A stretch of DNA of 40,088 nucleotides, from the NCBI GenBank assembly GCA_044222365.1, contig JBGANH010000002.1, forward strand, positions 1 to 40,088, given 5' to 3'. The notes beneath the pieces were generated by a model that saw nothing but the letters and a program-made list of their open reading frames with translations, was not told where the DNA came from and ran no database searches. A program made the translations under genes and the position numbers. Numbering within the stretch: position 1 is the first letter of the stretch; every line of letters begins with the position of its first letter. Of the stretch, positions 1 to 8,215 are shown piece by piece. The DNA comes from Candidatus Eiseniibacteriota bacterium (GTDB taxonomy: Bacteria; Eisenbacteria; RBG-16-71-46).

Positions 1-68
1 TGCGTGGCCGAGCCCGAGTTCAGGAACAGCTTCCAGCGCAGCCAGAGCAGCAGCCGCAGCGTCTTCAC
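1..68 (-). CDS. ABC-2-type transporter permease, N-terminal fragment (continues past window start)
   Basis: Minus-strand GTG at 68..66 overlaps the TGA stop of the upstream ATPase gene (GTGA coupling). Translation VKTLRLLLWLRWKLFLNSGSAT is basic/hydrophobic like a permease N-terminus. Only about 22 codons are visible. Confidence 0.4.
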   Translation of the reverse strand, partial: MKTLRLLLWLRWKLFLNSGSAT

Positions 69-859
69 TCGGCCGCGCTCCCGCCGGTGAGCCAGCCGAG
101 CCCGGCCGCCGCGTCGCCGCGCGAGCCGCCGACGCGCGCGAGGAACAGCTGCTCGAGCGAGTTCGTCTCGCCGTGTTCGCCGCGGCGCAGTTCGTCGAGC
201 GAGCCGTTCGCGACGAGCCGGCCGCCCGCGACGATGCCGACGTGCGTGCACAGCCGCTCGACCACCTCGAGCACGTGCGAGGTGAGGAACACCGTCACGT
301 GCCGCTGCGCGACGAGGCGCTGGAGCAGCTCGCGGATCTCGCTCGTCGCGACCGCGTCCACCCCTTCGAAGGGCTCGTCGAGGAACAGCAGCCGCGGCTC
401 GTGGATGAGCGCGCACGAGAGCGCGAGCTTCTTGCGCATGCCGTGCGAGTAGCCGGCGACGAGCTTGCGCGCAGAGGCCGTGAGGTCCATCGCCTCGAGC
501 AGTTCGGCCGCGCGGGACTTGGCGACGGCGGGGGCGAGCCCCTGCACCTCGCCCACGAAGCGCAGCTGGTCCTCGCCGCTCAGGCGCTCGAACAGGTGCA
601 GTCCGTCGGGCACGACCCCGATGCGGCGCTTGATCTCGAGGTCGTCCTTCGCGAGGTCGAGCCCGAGGATGCGCGCCCCGCCCGAACTGGGCGAGAGCAG
701 CCCCGTGAGCATGTTGATCGTCGTGGACTTGCCCGCGCCGTTGGGACCGAGGAAGCCGTAGAACGAACCTTCGGGTACCTGCAGCGACAGGCGGTCCACG
801 GCGGTCTGCGCGCCGAACACGCGCGTGAGTTCGAACGTCTCGATGGCGAAACCGGACAT
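65..859 (-). CDS. ABC transporter ATP-binding protein
   Basis: 264-aa ORF with Walker A GPNGAGKST, signature-like YSHGMRKKL, Walker B LLFLDEP and H-loop LTSH. GC-rich third codon positions. Confidence 0.9.
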   Translation of the reverse strand: MSGFAIETFELTRVFGAQTAVDRLSLQVPEGSFYGFLGPNGAGKSTTINMLTGLLSPSSGGARILGLDLAKDDLEIKRRIGVVPDGLHLFERLSGEDQLRFVGEVQGLAPAVAKSRAAELLEAMDLTASARKLVAGYSHGMRKKLALSCALIHEPRLLFLDEPFEGVDAVATSEIRELLQRLVAQRHVTVFLTSHVLEVVERLCTHVGIVAGGRLVANGSLDELRRGEHGETNSLEQLFLARVGGSRGDAAAGLGWLTGGSAAE

Positions 860-1138
860 GGCGACCTCGGGAGGCGGGAACGGTATCGAGCGTGGCGTGG
901 CACCTTATCAGAAGCGCCGCGCGAGCCCGGGAAGACGGCCTCGTGCCTCGCAAGCTGCAAGTTCCCGAAATGCGTCCTGCATCTCCGTAGTTCCCGCAGT
1001 GGGACGCGACTTCGTCGAGCACCGCTCAACACGCAGGTTTTTTTCACCCGAAGCACGCACGAGAGTCTTGAATGATGCGGCGCTCGCATGGTTTTCTGCA
1101 CGCGGCCCCGATCCCACGCGGGACCCGGCGGAAGACCT

Positions 1139-2359
1139 TCAGAAGGTCAGTTCCGCCACGATCGGTGCGTGATCGCTCGCCTTTCCGGGTCCGTCCAGGC
1201 CCCGCACGGTGTGCCCCCGACCCGATCGCCAGCCTCGACCGCAGATCCAGTCGAGTCGCAACGTTCCACGATGAATCGCCCATTCGAGCACGCGTCTTGC
1301 CACATGACGCAGCGGCCCGGGCAGCGCTTGCGCTTCCTCGAGCCGGTCTTCACGCAGCAGGAGGGACGGCAGCTCGTCCCGGTAGTCGTCCCAGCGGAAC
1401 CCGGCTTCACGCAGCACGTCGAACAGCGGCTCGTGCGCGAACCCCCGGTCCGGATGCAGCAGCCGAGCTTTCAATGCGGGACCCGGCATCAACATCAATG
1501 CAGAAGCACCATGGAGAGCCGAGTGCCACAGACCGCGATCGAACGTATGGGTGTTGAAGTCGCCCGCCAGCACCACGGGGCGGCGTTCGTGCGCGAGCGC
1601 GTCCGCGATCACGCGGGCCTGCGCCGCGCGATGCGCGCGTGTGCGGTGGACCTCGAGATGCGCCGCCACGGCGACGAACGCGCCTTCGGGCCGCAGGATT
1701 TCGGCGACGAGCGCGCAATGGCGTCCGACCATGCGTTCGAGGTCGAACTGCAGCTTCTGCGGACTCGGCAGGTCGAGCACGCGGACCTCGCCGATCGGCC
1801 AGCGCGACAGCACGGCGATGCCGAACAGTCCCTCCTCGTTCTCGCGCCCCGCCGCGGTCACGGGGTCGTCGTCCCGGCCGATCGTGGTCTCGAGGAACAG
1901 CGGAGCCCAGGCGCCGTACAGGCCGAGCGCGCGGGCGATCGTGGTCTCGAGGAACAGCGGAGCCCAGGCGCCGTACAGGCCGAGCGCGCGGGCCAGGTCG
2001 CCCGTCACGTCGCGATTGCCGGCCCGGGCGCAGCCGAGGTCCACCTCGTCGAGGGTCACGACGTCCGGGGCGGCCAGTTCGGCCCGGGTCCGGAAGGCCT
2101 CCTCGACCTGTTCGTACCAGTTGCCGTGCTCGATGTTCCACTGCACCACCCGCACACGATCGGGGTGGCGAGGAGCGGCGGGCCCGCCGATAACGCCGTA
2201 TCGCCTCACGGTGTTCAGCAGCGCGTCGAAGCGCGGACCGAGTTCGCGCCAGGCGTGCGAGCCGTGCAGGTCTTCGATCGTGGCGAAGGGAGTCACCGCG
2301 CGAACCAGCGCGCGGCATTCGTTCAGGAGCGTGAGGTCGTGGGCCATGACGGCCCGCAC
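1139..2359 (-). CDS. endonuclease/exonuclease/phosphatase (EEP) family protein carrying a 19-aa internal duplication
   Basis: EEP-like motifs VVQWNIEHG, TLDEVD, LAGDFN and C-terminal SDHAPIVAELTF. Start is either GTG 2359 or ATG 2347; neither has a clear SD. Confidence 0.8.
   Translation of the reverse strand: MRAVMAHDLTLLNECRALVRAVTPFATIEDLHGSHAWRELGPRFDALLNTVRRYGVIGGPAAPRHPDRVRVVQWNIEHGNWYEQVEEAFRTRAELAAPDVVTLDEVDLGCARAGNRDVTGDLARALGLYGAWAPLFLETTIARALGLYGAWAPLFLETTIGRDDDPVTAAGRENEEGLFGIAVLSRWPIGEVRVLDLPSPQKLQFDLERMVGRHCALVAEILRPEGAFVAVAAHLEVHRTRAHRAAQARVIADALAHERRPVVLAGDFNTHTFDRGLWHSALHGASALMLMPGPALKARLLHPDRGFAHEPLFDVLREAGFRWDDYRDELPSLLLREDRLEEAQALPGPLRHVARRVLEWAIHRGTLRLDWICGRGWRSGRGHTVRGLDGPGKASDHAPIVAELTF
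1880..1993. repeat. perfect 57-bp tandem duplication (2 copies: 1880-1936 and 1937-1993)
   Basis: gatcgtggtctcgaggaacagcggagcccaggcgccgtacaggccgagcgcgcgggc occurs twice head-to-tail with no mismatch. It encodes ARALGLYGAWAPLFLETTI twice, in frame, on the minus strand. Confidence 0.95.
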
Positions 2360-2403
2360 TATAGCCGGGGCGCGTTGGGGCGTCAGCAGGACGGAGGTGC
2401 GAA

Positions 2404-5400
2404 GTGAAGCACGTGTGGCAGCGTTTCCTCTCGTGGGCCGGGCCAGTGGCCGTGGCTCTCGCGTTGACGCTGGCGGCGCTCCGCGGTGAGCCGCTGCAGG
2501 CCGCGAGCGGATCGGGCGTCGAGAACCCGCACGGCACCTTCAAGCAGGAGTGCGAGCTCTGCCATTCGTCGGCGGACTGGCGCACGCTGCGCCTGAGCGC
2601 GCGTTTCGATCACGCCCGCTACGGCTTCCCGCTCGAGGCCGCGCACGCGTCGGCCGCGTGCACGTCCTGCCACCAGTCGCTCGATTTCACGCGCGCGCAG
2701 ACCGTGTGCGCCTCGTGCCACACCGATCCGCACCGCGGTGAGATGGGCACCGAGTGCGCCCGCTGCCACGGCGCCCGCAGCTTCACCGACCGCGCGCCGA
2801 TGATCCGCGCGCACGAGATGACGAAGTTCCCGCTCAACGGCTCGCACGCGGTCGTCGAGTGCGAGAGCTGCCACAAGCCCGCGGCGCAGGGACAGATGCA
2901 GTTCGTCGGCACGCCGGTCGAGTGCCGGTCGTGCCACGAGAAGGACTACCGCGCGACCCGCAATCCCGACCACGCCGCGCAGGGCTTCCCGATGGACTGC
3001 CGCGGCTGCCACACCGCGCAGGTGTGGACGACCGCGACGTTCGACCACTCGCGCACGGCGTTCCCGTTGACGGGCGCGCACGTGACGCAGGAGTGCGCTT
3101 CGTGCCACAACGGCGGCAACTTCGCCGCCGCCGATCCGGCGTGCTCGTCCTGCCACACGTCGCAGTACCAGAACGCGACGCCCGACCACGCGGCCGCCGG
3201 CTTCCCGGCGAGCCAGTGCGCGACGTGCCACAACACGTCCACGTTCGCGGGCGGCGCGTTCGATCACGGCGCCACTCGCTTCGCGCTGACCGGCGCGCAC
3301 GCGGCGACGGCGTGCCTGAGCTGCCACGCCGACGGCGTCTATCACGGCAAGCCGCTCGACTGCGCCTCGTGTCACGAACTGCAGTACAGCTCGGCGACGC
3401 CGTCGCACTCCGGCGCGGGCTTCTCCGCCTCCCAGTGCGCGACGTGCCACACGACCGTGACCTGGTCGGGCGGCCGCTTCGATCACGGCACGACGGCGTT
3501 CGCGCTGACGGGCGCGCACCAGAGCTCGACGTGCAATTCCTGCCACTCCGACAACGTCTTCAACGGCAAGCCGGCGCAGTGCGAGACGTGTCACTCCGCC
3601 GACTACGCGAACGCGACGCCGAACCACCCGGCGTCGGGTTTCCCGGCGAGTCTGTGCACGACGTGCCACAACACGGTCACGTTCGCGGGCGCGACGTTCA
3701 ACCACTCCAACACGAGCTTCGCGCTCACCGGCGCGCACCAGGCCGTGAGCTGCAACTCGTGTCACTCGGACGGCGTCTTCGACGGCAAGCCGACCAATTG
3801 CTACTCGTGCCACCAGTCCGACTATTCCGGCGCCGTCGTGAACCACGCGGCCGCGGGCTTCCAGTCGAGCGCGTGCACGACCTGCCACAACACGACCACC
3901 TGGACGAGCGCCACGTTCAATCACACGACCGGCACGAGCTTCCCGCTCACCGGATCGCACGTCGCGCGCGCCTGCAACGACTGCCACTCGGACAACGTCT
4001 TCAACAACAAGCCGACGAACTGCTACTCGTGCCACGCGGCCGACTACGCCGGCGCGACGCCGAACCATCCGGCGGCCGGATTCTCGACGGCGTCGTGCGC
4101 GAACTGCCACAACACGACGACCTTCGCGGGCGCGGTGTTCAACCACAACACGAACACGAGCTTCCCGCTGACCGGCGCGCACCAGGCGGCGGCCTGCACG
4201 AGCTGTCACTCCGACGGTGTGTACAACGGCAAGCCCACGGACTGCGCCTCGTGCCACATGGCCGATTACAACGGCGCGACGCCGAACCACACCACGTCGG
4301 GCTTCCCGGCGAGCACGTGCGCGAACTGCCATTCGACCACGACGTGGTCGGGCGCGACGTTCAATCACAGCACGAACACGAGCTTCCCGCTCACGGGCGC
4401 GCACCAGACGACCTCGTGCAACTCGTGCCACGGCGACGGCGTCTACGACGGCAAGCCGACGGCGTGCCAGTCGTGCCACTCGAGCGACTACTCGGGTGCG
4501 TCGCTCAACCACACGGCCGCCGGGTTCGCGGCGAGCGCGTGCGCGACGTGTCACACGACCACCGCGTGGACGGGCGCGACGTACAACCACTCGGCGACGA
4601 GCTTCCCGCTCACGGGATCGCACGTGGCGGCGGCCTGCAACAGCTGCCACTCGAACGGCGTGTTCAACAACCACGCGATGGACTGCGCCTCGTGCCACAT
4701 GGCGGACTACAACGCCGCGACGCCGAGCCACGCCACGTCCGGGTTCCCGGCGGCGACGTGCGCGAACTGCCACAACACGACGACGTTCACGGGCGCCACG
4801 TTCAACCACAGCACGAACACGAGCTTCCCGCTCACCGGCGCGCACCAGTCGGTGACGTGCAACTCGTGCCACTCGGACGGGGTGTACGACGGCAAACCGA
4901 CCGCCTGCCAGTCATGCCACTCGAGCGACTACTCGGGCGCGTCGCTCAACCACACGGCCGCCGGCTTCGCGGCGAGCGCGTGCGCGACGTGTCACACGAC
5001 CACCGCGTGGACGGGCGCGACGTACAACCATTCGCTCACGAGCTTCCCGCTGACGGGCGCGCACACCACGGCGACGTGCAACGGCTGCCATTCGAACGGC
5101 GTGTTCAACAACCACGCGATGGACTGCGCGTCCTGCCACATGGACGACTACAACACGGCCGTGCCGAACCACGTGACGTCGGGCTTCGCGGCGTCGTCCT
5201 GCGCGACGTGCCACACGACCACCACCTGGTCGGGCGCGACGTTCAACCACACCACGAACACGACCTTCCCGCTCACCGGCGCGCACCAGGCCGTGAGCTG
5301 CAACTCGTGCCACGGTGACGGCGTGTACGACGGCAAGTCCACGGCGTGCTACTCGTGTCACCAGAGCGACTACACCGCGGCGGTACCCACGCACACCGCG

Positions 5401-5910
5401 ACGTCGTTCCCGACGTCCGCGTGCGGCTCGTGCCACACGACCACGGCCTGGGCGGGCGCGACGTTCAATCACGCCACGACGAGCTTCCCGCTCACGGGTG
5501 CGCACGTGACCACGACGTGCAACAGCTGCCACTCGGACGGCGTGTACGACGGCAAGCCGACGGCCTGCCTGTCGTGCCACCAGACGGACTGGAACTCGAC
5601 CGCGCCGAGCCACGCGGGTGCCGGGTTCAACGCCTCGCAGTGCTCCACGTGCCACACCACCTCGACGTGGGCGGGCGGCAAGTTCACCGCGCACGACGCC
5701 TCGCACTTCCGGATCTACTCCGGCAAGCACAACGGCCGGTGGTCGAACGACTGCACGTCCTGCCACACCAGCACGGCGTCGTACGGGACGTTCACGTGCA
5801 TCGCCTGCCACGAGCACAGCAACAAGACCGAGGTGGACGGGCACCACAGCGGAAACCGCAGCTACACCTACACGCCGACGTCCTGCTTCGGCTGTCACGC
5901 CCGCGTGTAG
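2404..5910 (+). CDS. secreted giant multiheme cytochrome c (46 CXXCH sites; polymer of triheme c7/c3-like modules)
   Basis: GTG start 6 nt after GGAGG (2393-2397). N-terminal signal peptide MKHVWQRFLSWAGPVAVALALTLAALRG. 46 CXXCH motifs by manual count in 1168 aa. A terminator hairpin follows the stop. Confidence 0.93.
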   Translation: MKHVWQRFLSWAGPVAVALALTLAALRGEPLQAASGSGVENPHGTFKQECELCHSSADWRTLRLSARFDHARYGFPLEAAHASAACTSCHQSLDFTRAQTVCASCHTDPHRGEMGTECARCHGARSFTDRAPMIRAHEMTKFPLNGSHAVVECESCHKPAAQGQMQFVGTPVECRSCHEKDYRATRNPDHAAQGFPMDCRGCHTAQVWTTATFDHSRTAFPLTGAHVTQECASCHNGGNFAAADPACSSCHTSQYQNATPDHAAAGFPASQCATCHNTSTFAGGAFDHGATRFALTGAHAATACLSCHADGVYHGKPLDCASCHELQYSSATPSHSGAGFSASQCATCHTTVTWSGGRFDHGTTAFALTGAHQSSTCNSCHSDNVFNGKPAQCETCHSADYANATPNHPASGFPASLCTTCHNTVTFAGATFNHSNTSFALTGAHQAVSCNSCHSDGVFDGKPTNCYSCHQSDYSGAVVNHAAAGFQSSACTTCHNTTTWTSATFNHTTGTSFPLTGSHVARACNDCHSDNVFNNKPTNCYSCHAADYAGATPNHPAAGFSTASCANCHNTTTFAGAVFNHNTNTSFPLTGAHQAAACTSCHSDGVYNGKPTDCASCHMADYNGATPNHTTSGFPASTCANCHSTTTWSGATFNHSTNTSFPLTGAHQTTSCNSCHGDGVYDGKPTACQSCHSSDYSGASLNHTAAGFAASACATCHTTTAWTGATYNHSATSFPLTGSHVAAACNSCHSNGVFNNHAMDCASCHMADYNAATPSHATSGFPAATCANCHNTTTFTGATFNHSTNTSFPLTGAHQSVTCNSCHSDGVYDGKPTACQSCHSSDYSGASLNHTAAGFAASACATCHTTTAWTGATYNHSLTSFPLTGAHTTATCNGCHSNGVFNNHAMDCASCHMDDYNTAVPNHVTSGFAASSCATCHTTTTWSGATFNHTTNTTFPLTGAHQAVSCNSCHGDGVYDGKSTACYSCHQSDYTAAVPTHTATSFPTSACGSCHTTTAWAGATFNHATTSFPLTGAHVTTTCNSCHSDGVYDGKPTACLSCHQTDWNSTAPSHAGAGFNASQCSTCHTTSTWAGGKFTAHDASHFRIYSGKHNGRWSNDCTSCHTSTASYGTFTCIACHEHSNKTEVDGHHSGNRSYTYTPTSCFGCHARV
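3040..5682 (+). repeat. coding array of 12 tandem 73-74-aa triheme modules
   Basis: Module consensus F[ND]H..(T)SF(P/A)LTGAH....C..CH.DGV(Y/F).GKP..C.SCH..DY....P.H...GF....C..CH.T..(W/F).G(A/G). Each module has 3 CXXCH plus 3 additional conserved His. Confidence 0.85.
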
Positions 5911-5931
5911 CCCAAAACAGCGCGCAACTCG

Positions 5932-5975
5932 AAGGGGCGGTCCCGCATCTTTCCATGCGGGATCGCCCTTTCTCG
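5932..5975 (+). terminator. Rho-independent-type terminator after the cytochrome gene
   Basis: GGGCGGTCCCGCAT (5935-5948) pairs with ATGCGGGATCGCCC (5955-5968): 14 bp with one G-U, loop CTTTCC. A T-rich tract TTTCTCGTCT follows. Confidence 0.7.
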
Positions 5976-6056
5976 TCTACCGTGCGCGCCCTCGCGGCCT
6001 TTCCGTCCGGCCGCCCCGCGCTTCCGGCCCGACCTCCGCCCCGGAGAACTCCATCC

Positions 6057-7559
6057 ATGTCCCGTCCCCGCACGCTCGGTGAACTGAAGGCTTCCGGCTG
6101 GCGCTCGCGCTCCGTCAAGGACGAGCTGCGCGCCAACGTGATCGCGCGCCTGCGTTCCGGTGAGCCGTTGTTTCCCGGCATCGTCGGCTACGAGAGCACG
6201 GTCGAGCCGCAGATCGTGAACGCGCTGCTGTCCAAGCACGACTTCATCCTGCTCGGGCTGCGCGGCCAGGCGAAGACCCGCCTGCTGCGCTCGCTCGCGC
6301 AGTTCCTCGACGAATGGGTGCCCGCGATCGACGGCTGCCCGCTGAACAGCGATCCGTACGAGCCGCTCACGCACCACGCGCGGCAGGCGGTCGAGGTGCA
6401 CGGCGACGCGACGCCGATCCGCTGGCTGCACCGTGACGCGCGCTACCAGGAGAAGCTCGCGACGCCGGACGTGACGATCGCCGACCTGATCGGCGACATC
6501 GATCCGATCAAGGCGGCGACGCTGCGGCTCGACTACTCCGACGAGCGTGTCATCCACTACGGCATCCTGCCGCGCACGAATCGCGGCATCTTCGCGATCA
6601 ACGAACTGCCCGACCTGCAGCCGCGCATCCAGGTCGGCCTGCTGAACATCCTCGAGGAAAAGGATTTCCAGATCCGCGGTTTCCCCGTGCGCATTCCGCT
6701 CGACGTGGCCGTCGTGTTCTCCGCGAATCCCGAGGACTACACGAACCGCGGCAACATCATCACGCCGCTGCGCGACCGCATCAATTCGCAGATCATCACG
6801 CACTACCCGCTCACGCGGGAACAGGGCATGGCGATCACGTCGCAGGAGGCGTGGGCGGAGCGCGACTCCGGCATCGAGGTCGTGCTGCCCGCGTTCATGC
6901 GCGAGCTGATCGAGGAAGTCGCGATCCAGGCGCGCAAGAGCGAATACGTGGACCAGAACTCCGGCGTCTCGGCGCGACTGCCGATCGCGCTGCTCGAGAA
7001 CCTCGTGAGCAACGCGGAGCGCCGCGGACTGCGCACGGGTGAGAAGCGGGTCGTGACCCGTGTGTGCGACCTGCAGAACGCGGTGAGTGCCGTGAGCGGC
7101 AAGGTCGAACTCGTGCTCGAGGGCGAGCAGGAGGGTGCGCTCGCGGTGGCGAAGGCCCTGCTCGGCCGCGGTGTGAAGGCCGTCTTCCAGCAGCGCTTCC
7201 CCGACGCGTTCAAGGCGCGCGGCCGCAAACGCGGCCAGCCGCAGACGGAGAACGAGCCGCAGGCGGCGAGCGAGTATCGCCCGATCCTCGAGTGGTTCGC
7301 GGGCGGCCAACACCTGCGGATCGGCGACGACATGCCGGCGGTGGCGTTCGAAGGCGAACTGTCGCGTGTGGCGGGACTCGCCGACCTCGCGAAGAAGTAC
7401 CTCGAGCCGCGCGACCTCGCCGAGCACGCCGTGGCCATGGAACTCGTGCTCGAGGGCATGCACCAGAACTCGATGCTGTCGCGCGAGCGCACCGACGCGG
7501 CGGTGACGGAATACAAGGACATGCTCAAGTCCATGCTGTCCGGATTCGGTGACGACTGA
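6057..7559 (+). CDS. BchI/ChlI-like AAA+ ATPase (family often annotated Mg-chelatase-like or sigma-54-interaction-domain protein)
   Basis: ATG 6057 preceded by GGAGAA. Walker A-like GLRGQAKT, Walker B-like IFAINELPDL, sensor-1 region VVFSANPED and Arg-finger-like ITPLRDRI. The 5' part of the tracked ORF (5346-6056) overlaps the cytochrome gene and terminator and is not coding. Confidence 0.85.
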   Translation: MSRPRTLGELKASGWRSRSVKDELRANVIARLRSGEPLFPGIVGYESTVEPQIVNALLSKHDFILLGLRGQAKTRLLRSLAQFLDEWVPAIDGCPLNSDPYEPLTHHARQAVEVHGDATPIRWLHRDARYQEKLATPDVTIADLIGDIDPIKAATLRLDYSDERVIHYGILPRTNRGIFAINELPDLQPRIQVGLLNILEEKDFQIRGFPVRIPLDVAVVFSANPEDYTNRGNIITPLRDRINSQIITHYPLTREQGMAITSQEAWAERDSGIEVVLPAFMRELIEEVAIQARKSEYVDQNSGVSARLPIALLENLVSNAERRGLRTGEKRVVTRVCDLQNAVSAVSGKVELVLEGEQEGALAVAKALLGRGVKAVFQQRFPDAFKARGRKRGQPQTENEPQAASEYRPILEWFAGGQHLRIGDDMPAVAFEGELSRVAGLADLAKKYLEPRDLAEHAVAMELVLEGMHQNSMLSRERTDAAVTEYKDMLKSMLSGFGDD

Positions 7560-8211
7560 GGCGCCGGTGACCGCCACGGAAGATCCCCGCGACATCGTCC
7601 GGCGCGGCTACGAGCTCGCGTCGCACGCCTATCGGGGCGACACGTTCGCGCTCGAGGGCTCGCGCTACGAGTACTGGCTCGGCCGCTTCGCGCGCCGGCT
7701 GGCCGGCGGCGCGCGCGTGCTCGACCTCGGCTGCGGAAACGGCCTGCCGGTCGCGCTCGAGCTGTCGCGGCGATTCGACGTGACGGGCGTGGACCTGTCG
7801 CCCGTGCAGATCGAGCGCGCCCGGGCGCTCGTGCCCGGTGCACGCTTCGCGTGCGCGGACATGACCAGCGCCGAGTTCGCGCCGGGCTCCTTCGACGGCG
7901 TCGCGGCGTTCTACTCGATCATCAACGTGCCGCTCGACGAGCAGCCCGCCCTGATCGCGCGCATCGCCGGATGGCTCGCGCCCGGCGGCTGGCTGATCGC
8001 GACGGTGGGGCAGGAGCCCTGGACCGGCGTCGAAACCGACTGGCGCGGCGTGCGCGGCGCGAGCATGTACTACAGCCACGGCGCGGCGGAGCACTACCGC
8101 GCGTGGTTCGCGGAGGCCGGCCTCGAGCTCGTCGAGCAGGGCCGCGAGCCGCGCACCGGCAATCCCGGCTACGCGATGCTGCTCGCGCGACGCGCCGGGG
8201 CGGAGGGCTGA
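7549..8211 (+). CDS. class I SAM-dependent methyltransferase
   Basis: Motif I VLDLGCGNG, motif II-like FACADM, post-I DVTGVDLS. GTG start overlaps the end of the AAA+ gene by 11 nt (alternative GTG at 7567). Confidence 0.85.
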   Translation: MTTEAPVTATEDPRDIVRRGYELASHAYRGDTFALEGSRYEYWLGRFARRLAGGARVLDLGCGNGLPVALELSRRFDVTGVDLSPVQIERARALVPGARFACADMTSAEFAPGSFDGVAAFYSIINVPLDEQPALIARIAGWLAPGGWLIATVGQEPWTGVETDWRGVRGASMYYSHGAAEHYRAWFAEAGLELVEQGREPRTGNPGYAMLLARRAGAEG

Positions 8212-8215
8212 CGCC

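Noticed and set aside
898-903. TGGCAC, possibly the -24 element of a sigma-54 promoter upstream of the ABC operon.
   Set aside because: It lies on the plus strand, pointing away from the minus-strand ABC genes, and is not followed by a TTGC -12 element at the proper spacing.
2385-2397. GCAGGACGGAGG at the cytochrome ribosome-binding site is complementary over 7 nt (CAGGACG) to the TCGTCCTGG hairpin loops at 29490-29662, which suggests sRNA targeting.
   Set aside because: A 7-mer match is expected several times by chance in 80 kb of GC-biased sequence. The same 7-mer also occurs inside coding sequence (for example near 31875). There is no independent support.
2383-4872. 829-aa ORF antisense to the cytochrome gene. 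Similar long ORFs include 5895-7595(-), 7922-9316(-), 12701-14359(+), 15802-18495(-), 16320-17768(+), 26008-28422(+), 29613-31910(+), 30061-31737(-), 31844-33085(-) and 37542-39596(+).
   Set aside because: These are extremely Arg/Ala/Gly/Pro-rich, low-complexity translations. They overlap, on the opposite strand or in another frame, genes with clear family motifs. Such stop-free shadow ORFs are typical of roughly 70% GC DNA.
3040-5682. Regular roughly 220-bp periodicity that could be mistaken for a CRISPR array or satellite.
   Set aside because: The periodicity lies entirely within one long ORF and corresponds to protein modules with conserved CXXCH sites. There is no repeat/spacer alternation and no cas genes.
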